A DNA stretch of 64,000 bases from Eledone cirrhosa (Eukaryota), in assembly GCA_964016885.1 (NCBI GenBank), contig OZ024742.1, positions 344,658,001-344,722,000 of the forward strand, read 5' to 3'. The position numbers and the translations under genes were made by a program. Shown here piece by piece: positions 50,801 to 64,000 of the stretch (its first letter is position 1; every line of letters begins with the position of its first letter). The notes below the pieces were generated by a model. That model worked only from the letters and a program-made list of their open reading frames with translations, searched no databases and had not been told where the DNA came from.

Positions 50801-53800
50801 TTCCAGGAAGCTAGAGAACCATGGTATACTTGTTAATACTGTTAGTAGACTTCCAGGAAGTTGGGCAGCCCTGGTATACTTGTTAATACTGTTAGTAGAC
50901 TTCCAGGAAGGTTGGGAACCCTGGTATACTTGTTAATACTGTTAGTAGACTTCCAGGAAGTTAGGGAACCCTGGTATACTTGTTAATACTGTTAGTAGAC
51001 TTCCAGGAAGATAGGGAACCATGGTATACTTGTTAATACTGTTAGTAGACTTCCAGGAAGTTAGGGAATCCTGGTATACTTGTTAATATTGATAAAGACT
51101 TCCAGGAAGTTGGGGAACCCTGGTATACTTGTTAATATTGTTAGTAGTCTTCCAGCAAGTTAGGGAAAACTGGTATACTAGTTAATACACTTAGTAGACT
51201 TCCAGGAAGTTGGGGAACCATGGTATACTTGTTAATACTGTTAGTAGACTTCCAGGAAGTTGGGGAACCCTGGTATACTTGTTAATACTGTTAGTAGACT
51301 TCCGGGAAGTTAAGGACCCTGGTATACTTGTTAATATTGTTAGTAGACTTCCAGGAAGCTCGGGAACCCTGGTATACTTGTTAATACTGTTAGTAGACTT
51401 TCAGTAAGTTAGGGAACCCTTGTATACTTGTTAATACTGTTAGTAGATTTCCAGGAAGTTAGGGAACCATGGTATACTTGTTAATACTGTTAGTAGACTT
51501 TCAGGAAGCTAGGGAACCCTGGTAAACTTGTTAATGCTGTTAGTAGACTTTCAGGAAGCTAGGGAACCCTGGTATACTTGTTAATACTGTTAGTAGACTT
51601 CCAGGAAGTTAGGGAACCATGGTATACTTGTTAATACTGTTAGTAGATTTCCAGGAAGTTAGGGAACCATGGTATACTTGTTAATACTGTTAGTAGACTT
51701 CCAGGAAGTTAGGAAACCCTGGTAAACTTGTCAATACTGTTAGTAGATTTCCAGGATGTTAGGGAACCCTGGTATACTTGTTAATACTGTTAGTAGACTT
51801 CCAGGAAGTTAGGAAACCCTGGTATACTTGTTAATACTGTTAGTAGACTTCCAGGAATCTAGGGAACCCTGGCATACTTGTTAATACTGTTAGTAGACTT
51901 CCGGGAAGTTAGGGAACTCTGGTATACTTTTTGATACTGTTAGTAGACTTTCAGGAATTTAGCGAACCCTGGTATACTTGTTAATACTGTTAGTAGACTT
52001 TGATGAAGCTAGGGAACCCTGGTATACTTGTTAATACTGTTAGTAGACTTCCAGGAAGTTAGGGAACCATGGTATACTTGTTAATAATGTTAGTAGACTT
52101 TCATGAAGCTAGGGAACGCTGGTATACATGTTAATACCCTTAGTAGACTTCCGGGAATTTAGGGAACCTGGTATACTTGTTGATAATGTTAGTAGACTTA
52201 CAGGAAGTTAGAGAACCCTGGTATACTTGTTAATACTGTTAGTAGACTTCCAGGAATTTAGGGAACCCTGGTATACTTGTTAATATTGTTAGCAGACTTC
52301 CAGGAAGCTCGGGAACCCTGGTATACTTGTTAATACTGTTCGTAGACTTTCAGGAAGCTAGGAAACCCTGGTATACTTGTTAATACTGTTAGTAGACTTC
52401 CGGGAATTTAGGGAACCTGGTATACTTGTTGATACTGTTAGTAGACTTACAGGAAGTTAGGGAACCCTGGTATACTTGTTAATACTGTTAGTAGACTTCC
52501 AGCAAGTTAGGGAACCCTGGTATACTTGTAAATACTATTAGTAGACTTCCGGGAAGTTAGGGAACCCTGCTATACTTGTTAATACTGTTAGTACATTTCA
52601 AGGAAGTTAGGGAACCATGGTATACTTGTTAATACTGTTAGTAGATTTTCAGGAAGCTAGGGTACCCTGGTATACTTGTTAATACTGTTCGTAGACTTTC
52701 AGTAAGTTAGGGAACCTTGGTATACTTGTTAATACTGTTAGTACATTTCAAGGAAATTAGGGAACCATGGTATACTTGTTAATACTGTTAGTAGATTTTC
52801 AGGAAGCTAGGGAACCATGGTATACTTGTTAATACTGTTAGTAGACTTTCAGGAAGCTAAGGAACCCTGGTATACTTGTTAATACTGTTAGTAGACTTTC
52901 AGGAAGCTAGGAAACCCTGGTATACTTGTTAATACCGTTACTAGACTTCCGGGAATTTAGGGCCCCTGGTATACTTGTTGATACTGTTAGTAGACTTCCA
53001 GGAAGTTAGGGAACCCTGGTATAATTGTTAATACTGTTAGTAGATTTGATAAAGCTAGGGAACCCTGGTATACTTGTTAATACTGTTAGTAGACTTTCAG
53101 GAAGCTAGGGAACACTGGTATACTTGTTAACACTGTTAGTAGACTTCCATGAAGTTAGGGAACCCTGGTATACTTGTTAATACTGTTAGTAGATTTCCAG
53201 GAAGTTAGGGAACCCTGGTATAATTGTTAATACTATTAGTAGCCTTCCAGGAAGTTGGGGAACCCTGGTATACTTGTAAATAATATTAGTAGACTACCGG
53301 GAAGTTAGGGAACCCTGGTATACTTGTTAATATTGTTAGCAGACTTCCAGGAAGCTCGGGAACCCTGGTATACTTGTTAATACTGTTAGTAGACTTTCAG
53401 TAAGTTAGGGAACCCTGGTATACTTGTTAATACTGTTAGTATATTTCAAGGAAGTTAGGGAACTCTAGGTATACTTTTTGATAATGTTAGTAGACTTTCA
53501 GGAAGTTAGCGAACCCTGGTATACTTGTTAATACTGTTAGTAGACTTTCATGAAGCTAGGGAACCCTGGTATACTTGTTAATACTGTTAGTAGATTTCCA
53601 GGAAGTTAGGGAACCATGGTATACTTGTTAATACTGTTAGTAGACTTTCAGGAAGCTAGGGAACCATGGTATACTTGTTAATACTGTTAGTAGACGTTCA
53701 GGAAGCTAGAAAACCCTGGTATACATGTTAATACTGTTAGTAGTCTTCCAGGAAGTTGGCGAGCCCTGGTATACTTGTTAATACTGTTAGTAGACTTCCA

Positions 53801-56800
53801 GGAATCTAGGGAACCATGGTTTACTTGTTAATACTGTTAGTAGACTTCGAGGAAGGTAGACTACCCTGATATACTTGTTAATATTGTTAGTAGACTTCCA
53901 GGAAGTTGGGCAGCCCTGGTATACTTGTTAATACTGTTAGTAGACTTCCAGGAAGCTAGAGAACCATGGTATACTTGTTAATACTGTTAGTAGACTTCCA
54001 GGAAGTTGGGCAGCCCTGGTATACTTGTTAATACTGTTAGTAGACTTCCAGGAAGGTTGGGAACCCTGGTATACTTGTTAATACTGTTAGTAGACTTCCA
54101 GGAAGTTAGGGAACCCTGGTATACTTGTTAATACTGTTAGTAGACTTCCAGGAAGATAGGGAACCATGGTATACTTGTTAATACTGTTAGTAGACTTCCA
54201 GGAAGTTAGGGAATCCTGGTATGCTTGTTAATATTGATAAAGACTTCCAGGAAGTTGGGGAACCCTGGTATACTTGTTAATATTGTTAGTAGTCTTCCAG
54301 CAAGTTAGGGAAAACTGGTATACTAGTTAATACACTTAGTAGACTTCCAGGAAGTTGGGGAACCATGGTATACTTGTTAATACTGTTAGTAGACTTCCAG
54401 GAAGTTGGGGAACCCTGGTATACTTGTTAATACTGTTAGTAGACTTCCGGGAAGTTAAGGACCCTGGTATACTTGTTAATATTGTTAGTAGACTTCCAGG
54501 AAGCTCGGGAACCCTGGTATACTTGTTAATACTGTTAGTAGACTTTCAGTAAGTTAGGGAACCCTTGTATACTTGTTAATACTGTTAGTAGATTTCCAGG
54601 AAGTTAGGGAACCATGGTATACTTGTTAATACTGTTAGTAGACTTTCAGGAAGCTAGGGAACCCTGGTAAACTTGTTAATGCTGTTAGTAGACTTTCAGG
54701 AAGCTAGGGAACCCTGGTATACTTGTTAATACTGTTAGTAGACTTCCAGGAAGTTAGGGAACCATGGTATACTTGTTAATACTGTTAGTAGATTTCCAGG
54801 AAGTTAGGGAACCATGGTATACTTGTTAATACTGTTAGTAGACTTCCAGGAAGTTAGGAAACCCTGGTAAACTTGTCAATACTGTTAGTAGATTTCCAGG
54901 ATGTTAGGGAACCCTGGTATACTTGTTAATACTGTTAGTAGACTTCCAGGAAGTTAGGAAACCCTGGTATACTTGTTAATACTGTTAGTAGACTTCCAGG
55001 AATCTAGGGAACCCTGGCATACTTGTTAATACTGTTAGTAGACTTCCGGGAAGTTAGGGAACTCTGGTATACTTTTTGATACTGTTAGTAGACTTTCAGG
55101 AATTTAGCGAACCCTGGTATACTTGTTAATACTGTTAGTAGACTTTGATGAAGCTAGGGAACCCTGGTATACTTGTTAATACTGTTAGTAGACTTCCAGG
55201 AAGTTAGGGAACCATGGTATACTTGTTAATAATGTTAGTAGACTTTCATGAAGCTAGGGAACGCTGGTATACATGTTAATACCCTTAGTAGACTTCCGGG
55301 AATTTAGGGAACCTGGTATACTTGTTGATAATGTTAGTAGACTTACAGGAAGTTAGAGAACCCTGGTATACTTGTTAATACTGTTAGTAGACTTCCAGGA
55401 ATTTAGGGAACCATGGTATACTTGTTAATACTGTTAGTAGATTTACAGGAAGTTAGGGAACCAAGGTTTACTTCTTAATACTGTTAGTAGATTTCCAGGA
55501 AGTTAGGGAACCATGGTATACTTGTTAATACTGTTAGTAGACTTCCAGGAAGTTAGGGAACCATGGTATACTTGTTAATACTGTTAGTAGATTTCCCGGA
55601 AGTTAGGGGACCATGGTATACTTGTTAATACTGTTAGTAGACTTTCAGAAAGCTAAGGAACCCTGGTATACTTGTTAATACTGTTAGTAGACTTTCAGGA
55701 AGCTAGGAAACCCTGGTACACTTGTTAATACCGTTAGTAGACTTCCGGGAAGTTGGGGAACCATGGTATACTTGTTAATACTATTAGTAGACTTCCAGGA
55801 AGTTGGGGAACCCTGGTATACTTGTAAATACTATTAGTAGACTTCCGGGAAGTTAGTGAACCCTGGTATACTTGTTAATATTGTTAGCAGACTTCCAGGA
55901 AGCTCGGGAACCCTGGTATACTTGTTAATACTGTTCGTAGACTTTCAGGAAGCTAGGAAACCCTGGTATACTTGTTAATACTGTTAGTAGACTTCCGGGA
56001 ATTTAGGGAACCTGGTATACTTGTTGATACTGTTAGTAGACTTACAGGAAGTTAGGGAACCCTGGTATACTTGTTAATACTGTTAGTAGATTTCATGAAG
56101 CTAGGGAACCCTAGTAAACTTGCTAATACTGTTAGTAGACTTCCAGGAATTTAGGAAACCCTGGTATACTTGTTAATATTGTTAGTAGACTTCCAGCAAG
56201 TTAGGGAACCCTGGTATACTTGTAAATACTATTAGTAGACTTCCGGGAAGTTAGGGAACCCTGCTATACTTGTTAATACTGTTAGTACATTTCAAGGAAG
56301 TTAGGGAACCATGGTATACTTGTTAATACTGTTAGTAGATTTTCAGGAAGCTAGGGTACCCTGGTATACTTGTTAATACTGTTCGTAGACTTTCAGTAAG
56401 TTAGGGAACCCTGGTATACTTGTTAATACTGTTAGTACATTTCAAGGAAATTAGGGAACCATGGTATACTTGTTAATACTGTTAGTAGATTTTCAGGAAG
56501 CTAGGGAACCATGGTATACTTGTTAATACTGTTAGTAGACTTTCAGGAAGCTAAGGAACCCTGGTATACTTGTTAATACTGTTAGTAGACTTTCAGGAAG
56601 CTAGGAAACCCTGGTATACTTGTTAATACCGTTACTAGACTTCCGGGAATTTAGGGCCCCTGGTATACTTGTTGATACTGTTAGTAGACTTCCAGGAAGT
56701 TAGGGAACCCTGGTATACTTGTTAATACTATTAGTAGATTTGATAAAGCTAGGGAACCCTGGTATACTTGTTAATACTGTTAGTAGACTTTCAGGAAGCT

Positions 56801-59800
56801 AGGGAACACTGGTATACTTGTTAACACTGTTAGTAGACTTCCATGAAGTTAGGGAACCCTGGTATACTTGTTAATACTGTTAGTAGATTTCCAGGAAGTT
56901 AGGGAACCCTGGTATAATTGTTAATACTATTAGTAGCCTTCCAGGAAGTTGGGGAACCCTGGTATACTTGTAAATAATATTAGTAGACTACCGGGAAGTT
57001 AGGGAACCCTGGTATACTTGTTAATATTGTTAGCAGACTTCCAGGAAGCTCGGGAACCCTGGTATACTTGTTAATACTGTTAGTAGACTTTCAGTAAGTT
57101 ATGGAACCCTGGTATACTTGTTAATACTGTTAGTACATTTCAAGGAAGTTAGGGAACTCTAGGTATACTTTTTGATAATGTTAGTAGACTTTCAGGAAGT
57201 TAGCGAACCCTGGTATACTTGTTAATACTGTTAGTAGACTTTCATGAAGCTAGGGAACCCTGGTATACTTGTTAATACTGTTAGTAGATTTCCAGGAAGT
57301 TAGGGAACCCTGTTATACTTGTTAATACCGTTAGTAGACTTCCGGGAATTTAGGGACCCTGGTATACTTGTTGATACTGTTAGTAGACTTCCAGGAAGTT
57401 AGGGAACCCTGGTATACTTGTTAATACTGTTAGTAGATTTCATGAAGCTAGGGAACCCTGGTATACTTGTTAATACTGTTAGTAGACTTCCAGGAAGTTA
57501 GGGAACCATGGTATACTTGTTAATACTGTTAGTAGATTTCCAGGAAGTTAGAGAACCATGTTATACTTGTTAATACTGTTAGTAGACTTCCAGGAAGTTA
57601 GGGAAACCTGGTATACTTGTTAATACTATTAGTAGATTTCCAGGAAGTTAGGGAACCATGGTATACTTGTTAATACTGTTAGTAGACTTTCAGGAAGCTA
57701 AGGAACCCTGGTAAACTTGTTAATACTGGTAGTAGACTTTCAGGAAGCTAGGAAACCCTGGTATAATTGTTAATACAGTTAGTAGACTTCCGGGAATTTA
57801 GGGACCCTGGTATACTTGTTGATACTGTTAGTAGACTTCCAGGAAGTTAGGGAAACCTGGTATACTTGTTAATACTGTTAGTAGATTTCCAGGAAGTTAG
57901 GGAACCATGGTATACTTGTTAATACTGTTAGTAGATTTCCAGGAAGTTAGGCAACCATGGTTTACTTGTTAATACTGTTAGTAGATTTCCAGGAAGTTAG
58001 GGAACCATGGTATACTTGTTAATACTGTTAGTAGACATCCAGGAAGTTAGTTAACCCTGGTATACTTGTTAATACTGTTAGTAGACTTCCAGGAAGCTAG
58101 AGAACCATGGTATACTTGTTAATACTGTTAGTAGACTTTCATGAAGCTAGGGAACACTGGTATCCTTGTTAATACTGTTAGTAGACTTTCAGGAAGCTAG
58201 GAAACCCTGGTATACTTGTTAATACTGTTAGTAGTTTTCCAGGAAGTTAGGGAACCATGGTATACTTGTTAATACTGTTAGTAGACTTCCAGGAAGGTAG
58301 GGAACCCTGGTATACTTGTTAATACTGTTAGTAGAATTCGAGGAACGTAGGGAACCCTGATATACTTGTTAATACTGTTAGTAGACTTCCAGGAAGCGAG
58401 GAAACCCTGGTAAACTTGTTAATACTGTTAGTAGATTTCCAGGATGTTAGGGAACACTGGTATACTTGTTAATACTGTTAGTAGACTTCCAGGAAGTTGG
58501 GGAACCCTCGTCTACTTGTTAATATTGTTAGTAGACTTCCAGCAAGTTAGGGAACCCTGGTATACTAGTTAATACTCTTAGTAGACTTCCATGAAGTTGG
58601 GGAAATATGGTATACTTGTTAATACTATTAGTAGACTTCAAGGAAGTTGGATAACCCTGGTATACTTGTTAATACTGTTAGTAGAATTCCGGGAAGTTAG
58701 GGAACCCTGGTATACTTGTTAATATTGTTAGTAGACTTCCAGGAAGATGGGGAAGCCTGGTATACTTGTTAATACTGTTAGTAGACTTTCAGTAAGTTAG
58801 GGAACCCTGGTATACTTGTTAATATTGTTAGTACATTTCCAGGAAGTTAGGAAACCATGGTATACTTGTTAATACTGTTAGTAGACTTTCAGGAAGCTAG
58901 GGAACCCTAGTATAATTGTTATTACTATTAGTAGACTTTCAGGAAGCTAGGGAGCCCTGGTATACTTGTTTATACCGTTAGTAGACTTCCGGGAAGTTAG
59001 GGAACCCTGGTTTACTTTTTGATACTGTTAGTAGACTTCCAGGAAGTTAGGGAACCCTGGTATACTTGTTAATACTGTTAGTTGACTTTCATGAAGCTAG
59101 GGAACCCTGGTATACTTGTTAAAACTGTTAGTAGACTTCCAGTAAGTTAGGGAACCATGGTATACTTGTTAATACTGTTAGTAGATTTCCAGGAAGTTAG
59201 GGAACCATGGTATACCTGTTAATACTGTTAGTAGACTTCCAGGAAGTTAGGTAACCCTGGTATACTTGTTAATACTGTTAGTAGATTTCCAGGAAGTTAG
59301 GGAACCCTGGTATACTTGTTAATTCTGTTAGTAGACTTTCAGGAAGGTAGGAAACCATGGTATTCTTGTTAATACTGTTAGTAGACTTCCATGAAGCTAG
59401 GGAACCCTGGTATACTTGTTAATACTGTTAGTAGACTTCCAGGAAGGTAGGGAACCCTGGTATACTTGTTAATAATGTTAGTGGACTTTCAGGAAGCTAA
59501 GGAACCCTGGTATACTTGTTGATACTCTTAGTAGACTTCCAGGAAGCTAGGGAACCCTGGTATACTTGTTAATACTGTTAGTAGACTTCCAGGAAGCTAG
59601 GAAACCTCGGTATACTTGTTAATACTGTTAGTAGATTTCCAGGAAGTTAGGGAACCTTAGTATACTTGTTAATACTGTTAGTAGACATTCAGAACGCTAG
59701 GGAACCATGGTATATTTGTTAAACTGTTAGTAGACTTCCAGGAAGATAGGGAACCCTGGTACACTTCGTAATACTGTTAGTAGATTTCCAGGAAGTTAGG

Positions 59801-62800
59801 GAACCCTTTTCCACTTGTTAATACTGTTAGTACACTTCCAGGAAGTTAGGGAACCCTGGTATACTTGTTAATACTGTTAGTAGACTTCCAGTAAGTTAGG
59901 GAACCATGGTATACTTGTTAATACTGTTAGTAGATTTCCAGGAAGTTAGGGAACCCTGGTTTTCTTGGTAATACTGTTATTAGACTTTCAGCATGTTAGG
60001 TTACCCTGGTATATTTGTTAATACTGTTAGTAGATTTCCAGGAAGTTAGGGAACCATGGTATACTTGTTAATACTGTTAGTAGACTTTGAGGAAGCTAGG
60101 CAACCCTGGTATGCTTGTTAATACCGTTAGTAGACTTTCAGGAAGCTAGGGAACCCTGGTATACTTGTTAATACCGTTAATAGACTTCCAGGAAGTTAGG
60201 GAACCCTGGTATACTTGTTGATACTGTTAGTAGACTTTCATGAAGCTAGGGAACACTGGTATACTTGTTAATACTGTTAGTAGACTTCCAGGAAGTTAGG
60301 GAACCATGGTATACTTGTTAATACTGTTAGTAGATTTCCAGGAAGTTAGGGAACCATGGTTTTCTTGTTAATACTGTTAGTAGATTTCCAGGAAGTTAGG
60401 GAACCATGGTATACCTGTTAATACTGTTAGTAGACTTCCAGGAAGTTAGGTAACCCTGGTATACTTGTTAATACTGTTAGTGGATTTCCAGGAAGTTAGG
60501 GAACCCTGGTATACTTGTTAATTCTGTTAGTAGACTTTCAGGAAGGTAGGAAACCATGGTATTCTTGTTAATACTGTTAGTAGACTTCCAGGAAGCTAGG
60601 GAACCCTGGTATAATTGTTAATACTGTTAGTAGACTTCCAGGAAGGTAGGGAACCCTGGTATACTTGTTAATACTGTTAGTAGACATCCAGGAAGTTAGG
60701 GAACCATGGTATACTTTTTAATACTGTTAGTAGATTTCCAGGAAGTTAGGGAACCATGGTATACTTGTTAATAATGTTAGTGGACTTTCAGGAAGCTAGG
60801 GAACCCTGGTGTACTTGTTAATACTCTTAGTAGACATCAAGGAAGCTAGGGAACCCTGGTATACTTGTTAATACTGTTAGTAGACTTCCAGGTAGCTAGG
60901 AAACATTGGTATACTCTTTAATACTGCTAGTAGATTTCCAGGAAGTTAGGGAACCTTAGTATACTTGTTAATACTGTTAGTAGACATTCAGAACGCTAGG
61001 GAACCATGGTATATTTGTTAAACTGTTAGTAGACTTCCACGAAGATAGGGAACCCTGGTACACTTCGTAATACTTTTAGTAGATTTCCAGGAAGGTAGGG
61101 AACCCTGGTACACTTGTTAATACTGTTAGTACACTTCCAGGAAGTTAGGGAACCCTGGTATACTTGTTAATACTGTTAGTAGACTTCCTGGAAGTTAGGG
61201 AACCCTGGTATACTTGTTAATATTGTTAGTAGACTTCCAGGAAGCTAGGGAACCCTGGTTTACTTGTTAATACTGTTAGTAGACTACCAGGAAGTTAGGG
61301 AACCCTGGTATACTTGTTAATACTGTTAGTAGACTACCAGGAAGGTAGGGAACCATGGTATACTTGTTAATACTGTTAGTAGACTTTCAGGAAGTTAATG
61401 AACCCTGGTATACTTGTTAATAATGTTAGTAGACTTCCAGGAAGATGGGGATCCCTGGTATACTTGTTAATACTGTTAGTAGACTTCCAGGAAGTTAGGG
61501 AACCCTGGTATACTTGTTAATACTGTTAGTAGACTTCCAGGAAGTTAAGGAACCATGGTATACTTGTTAATACTGTTAGTAGACTTCCAGGAAATTGGGG
61601 AACCATGGTATACATGTTAATACTGTTAGTAGTCTTCCAGGAAGTTGGGGAACCCTGGTATACTTGTTAATACTGTTAGTAGACTTCCGGGAAGTTAGGG
61701 AGCCCTGGTATACTTGTTAATATTGTTAGTAGACTTCCAGGAAGCTAGGGAACCCTGGTATACTTGTTAATACTGTTAGTAGACTTCCAGGAAGTTAGGG
61801 AGCCCTGGTATACTTGTTAATACAGTTTGTAGACTTTCAGGAAGGTAAGGAACCATGGTATACTTGTTAATACTGTTAGTACACTTTCAGGAAGCTAGTG
61901 AACCCTGTTATACTTGTTAATAGTGTTAGTAGACTACCAGGAAGTTAGAGAACCCTGGTATACTTGTTAATATTGTTAGTAGACTTCCAAGAATCTAGGG
62001 AACTCTGGAATGCCTTGTAATACTGTTAGTAGACTTTCAGGAAGCTAGGGAACCCTGGTATACTTGTTAATAGTGTTAGTAGACTACCAGGAAGTTAGGG
62101 AACCATGGTATACTTGTTAATAGTGTTAGTAGACTTCCAGGAAGTTAGGGAACCATGGTATACTTGTTAATACTGTTAGTAGACATCCGGGATGTTAGGG
62201 AACCATGGTATACTTCTTAATACTGTTAGTAGACTTCCAGGAAGGTGGGGAGCCCTGGTATACTTGTTAATACTGTTAGTAGATTTCCAGGAAGCTAGAG
62301 AACCATGGTATGCTTGTTAATACTGTTAGTAGACTTCCAGGAAGTTGGGGAGCCCTGGTATACTTGTTAATACTGTTAGTAGACTTCCAGGAAGTTAAGG
62401 AACCCTGGTTTACTTGTTAATACTGTTAGTAGACATCCAGGAAGCTAGAAAACCATGGTATACTTGTTAATACTGTTAGTAGTCTTCGAGGAACTTAGGG
62501 AACCCTGATATAATTGTTAATACTGTTAGTAGACTTCCAGGAAGTTGGGGAGCCCTGGTATACCTGTTAATACTGTTAGTAGACATCCAGGAAGCTAGAG
62601 AACCATGGTATGCTTGTTAATACTGTTAGTAGACTTCCAGGAAGTTGGGGAGCCCTGGTATACCTGTTAATACTGTTAGTAGACATCCAGGAAGCTAGAG
62701 AACCAGGGTATACTTGTTAATACTGTTAGTAGACTTCCAGGAAGGTAGGGAACCATGGTATACTTGTTAATACTGTTAGTATACTTCCAGGAAGTTAGGG

Positions 62801-64000
62801 AACCCTGGTATACTTGTTAATACTGTTAGTAGACTTCCAGGAAGTTGGGGAACGCTCGTATACTTGTTAATATTGTTAGTAGACTTCCAGCAAGTTAGGG
62901 AACCCTGGTATACTAGTTAATACTCTTAGTAGACTTCCATGAAGTTGGGGAAATATGGTATACTTGTTAATACTATTAGTAGACTTCAAGGAAGTTGGGG
63001 AACCCTGGTATACTTGTTTAATACTGTTAGTAGAATTCCGGGAAGTTAGGGAACCCTGGTATACTTGTTAATATTGTTAGTAGACTTCCAGGAAGCTCGG
63101 GAAGCCTGGTATACTTGTTAATACTGTTAGTAGACTTCCAGTAAGTTAGGGAACCCTGGTATACTTGTTAATATTGTTAGTACATTTCCAGGAAGTTAGG
63201 GAACCATGGTATACTTCTTAATAATGTTAGTAGACTTTCAGGAAGCTAGGGAACCCTAGTATACTTGTTAATACTGTTAGTAGACTTCCAGGAAGTTAGG
63301 GAACCCTTGTATACTTGTTAATACTGTTAGTAGACTTCCAGGAAGCTAGAAAACCATGGTATTCTTGTTAATACTGTTAGTAGACTTCGAGGAACTTAGG
63401 GAACCCTGATATAATTGTTAATACTGTTAGTAGACTTCCAGGAAGTTGGGGAGCCCTGGTATACCTGTTAATACTGTTAGTAGACTTCCAGGAAGCTAGA
63501 GAACCATGGTATACTTGTTAATACTGTTAGTTGACTTCTAGGAAGTTGGGGATCCCTGGTATACTTGTTAATACTGATAGTAGACTTTCAGGAAGGCAGG
63601 GAACCATGGTAAACTTGTTAATACTGTTAGTAGATTTCCAGGAAGTTAGGGAACCATGGTATACTTGTTAATACTGTTAGTAGACTTTGAGGAAGCTAGG
63701 CAACCCTGGTATACTTGTTAATACCGTTTGTAGACTTCCAGGAAGTTAGGGAACCCTGGTATACTTGTTGATACTGTTAGTAGACTTTCATGAAGCTAGG
63801 GAACCCTGGTATACTTGTTAATACTGTTAGTAGACTTCCAGGAAGTTGGGGAACCCTCGTATACATGTTAATATTGTTAGTAGACTTCCAGCAAGTTAGG
63901 GAACCCTGGTATACTAGTTAATACTCTTAGTAGACTTCCATGAAGTTGGGGAAATATGGTATACTTGTTAATACTATTAGTAGACTTCAAGGAAGTTGGG
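41844..64000. repeat. 50-bp satellite array (~440 monomers, runs off the window) with higher-order repeats
   Basis: Consensus ACCCTGGTATACTTGTTAATACTGTTAGTAGACTTCCAGGAAGTTAGGGA; diagnostic variants recur at 3.1-3.7 kb intervals. Confidence 0.98.

Noticed and set aside
44071-54552. Four near-identical 65-aa ORFs
   Set aside because: Chance open frames in the satellite; useful only as HOR markers
41844-64000. CRISPR-like regular array
   Set aside because: Contiguous 50-bp monomers with no unique spacers, no cas genes, and a eukaryotic context

Overview
This is AT-rich, (TA)n/(CA)n-dense eukaryotic repeat DNA. The repeat content resembles a cephalopod (octopus-like) genome, which is an inference. 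I see no host gene. Bases 1-41.8 kb are a mosaic of mobile elements dominated by Penelope-like retroelements (PLEs) with an RT plus C-terminal GIY-YIG endonuclease. They carry CxC-x5-C and CxxC motifs, resemble the Hydra clade, and sit in (TA)n. There are two near full-length frameshifted copies (9087-15002 minus, with an 836-bp pseudo-LTR repeat and a 15-bp TSD; 23067-27873 plus), a 4.9-kb head-to-head inverted copy, truncated copies, and many short, often palindromic pLTR remnants. Folding by eye gives about 14 distinct type-I hammerhead ribozyme families and more than 20 copies. These include non-canonical cores (UUGAAAA, CAGAAGA) and stem II regions from about 11 to 101 nt. Also present are CR1/L2-like and RLE-type LINE fragments, a tRNA-derived SINE, a Helitron-derived element with a helicase relic, a mariner remnant, and two tRNA-like cloverleafs. 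Bases 41.84-64 kb are a 50-bp satellite with 3.1-3.7 kb higher-order repeats. All RNA structures were paired by hand and none were computed.
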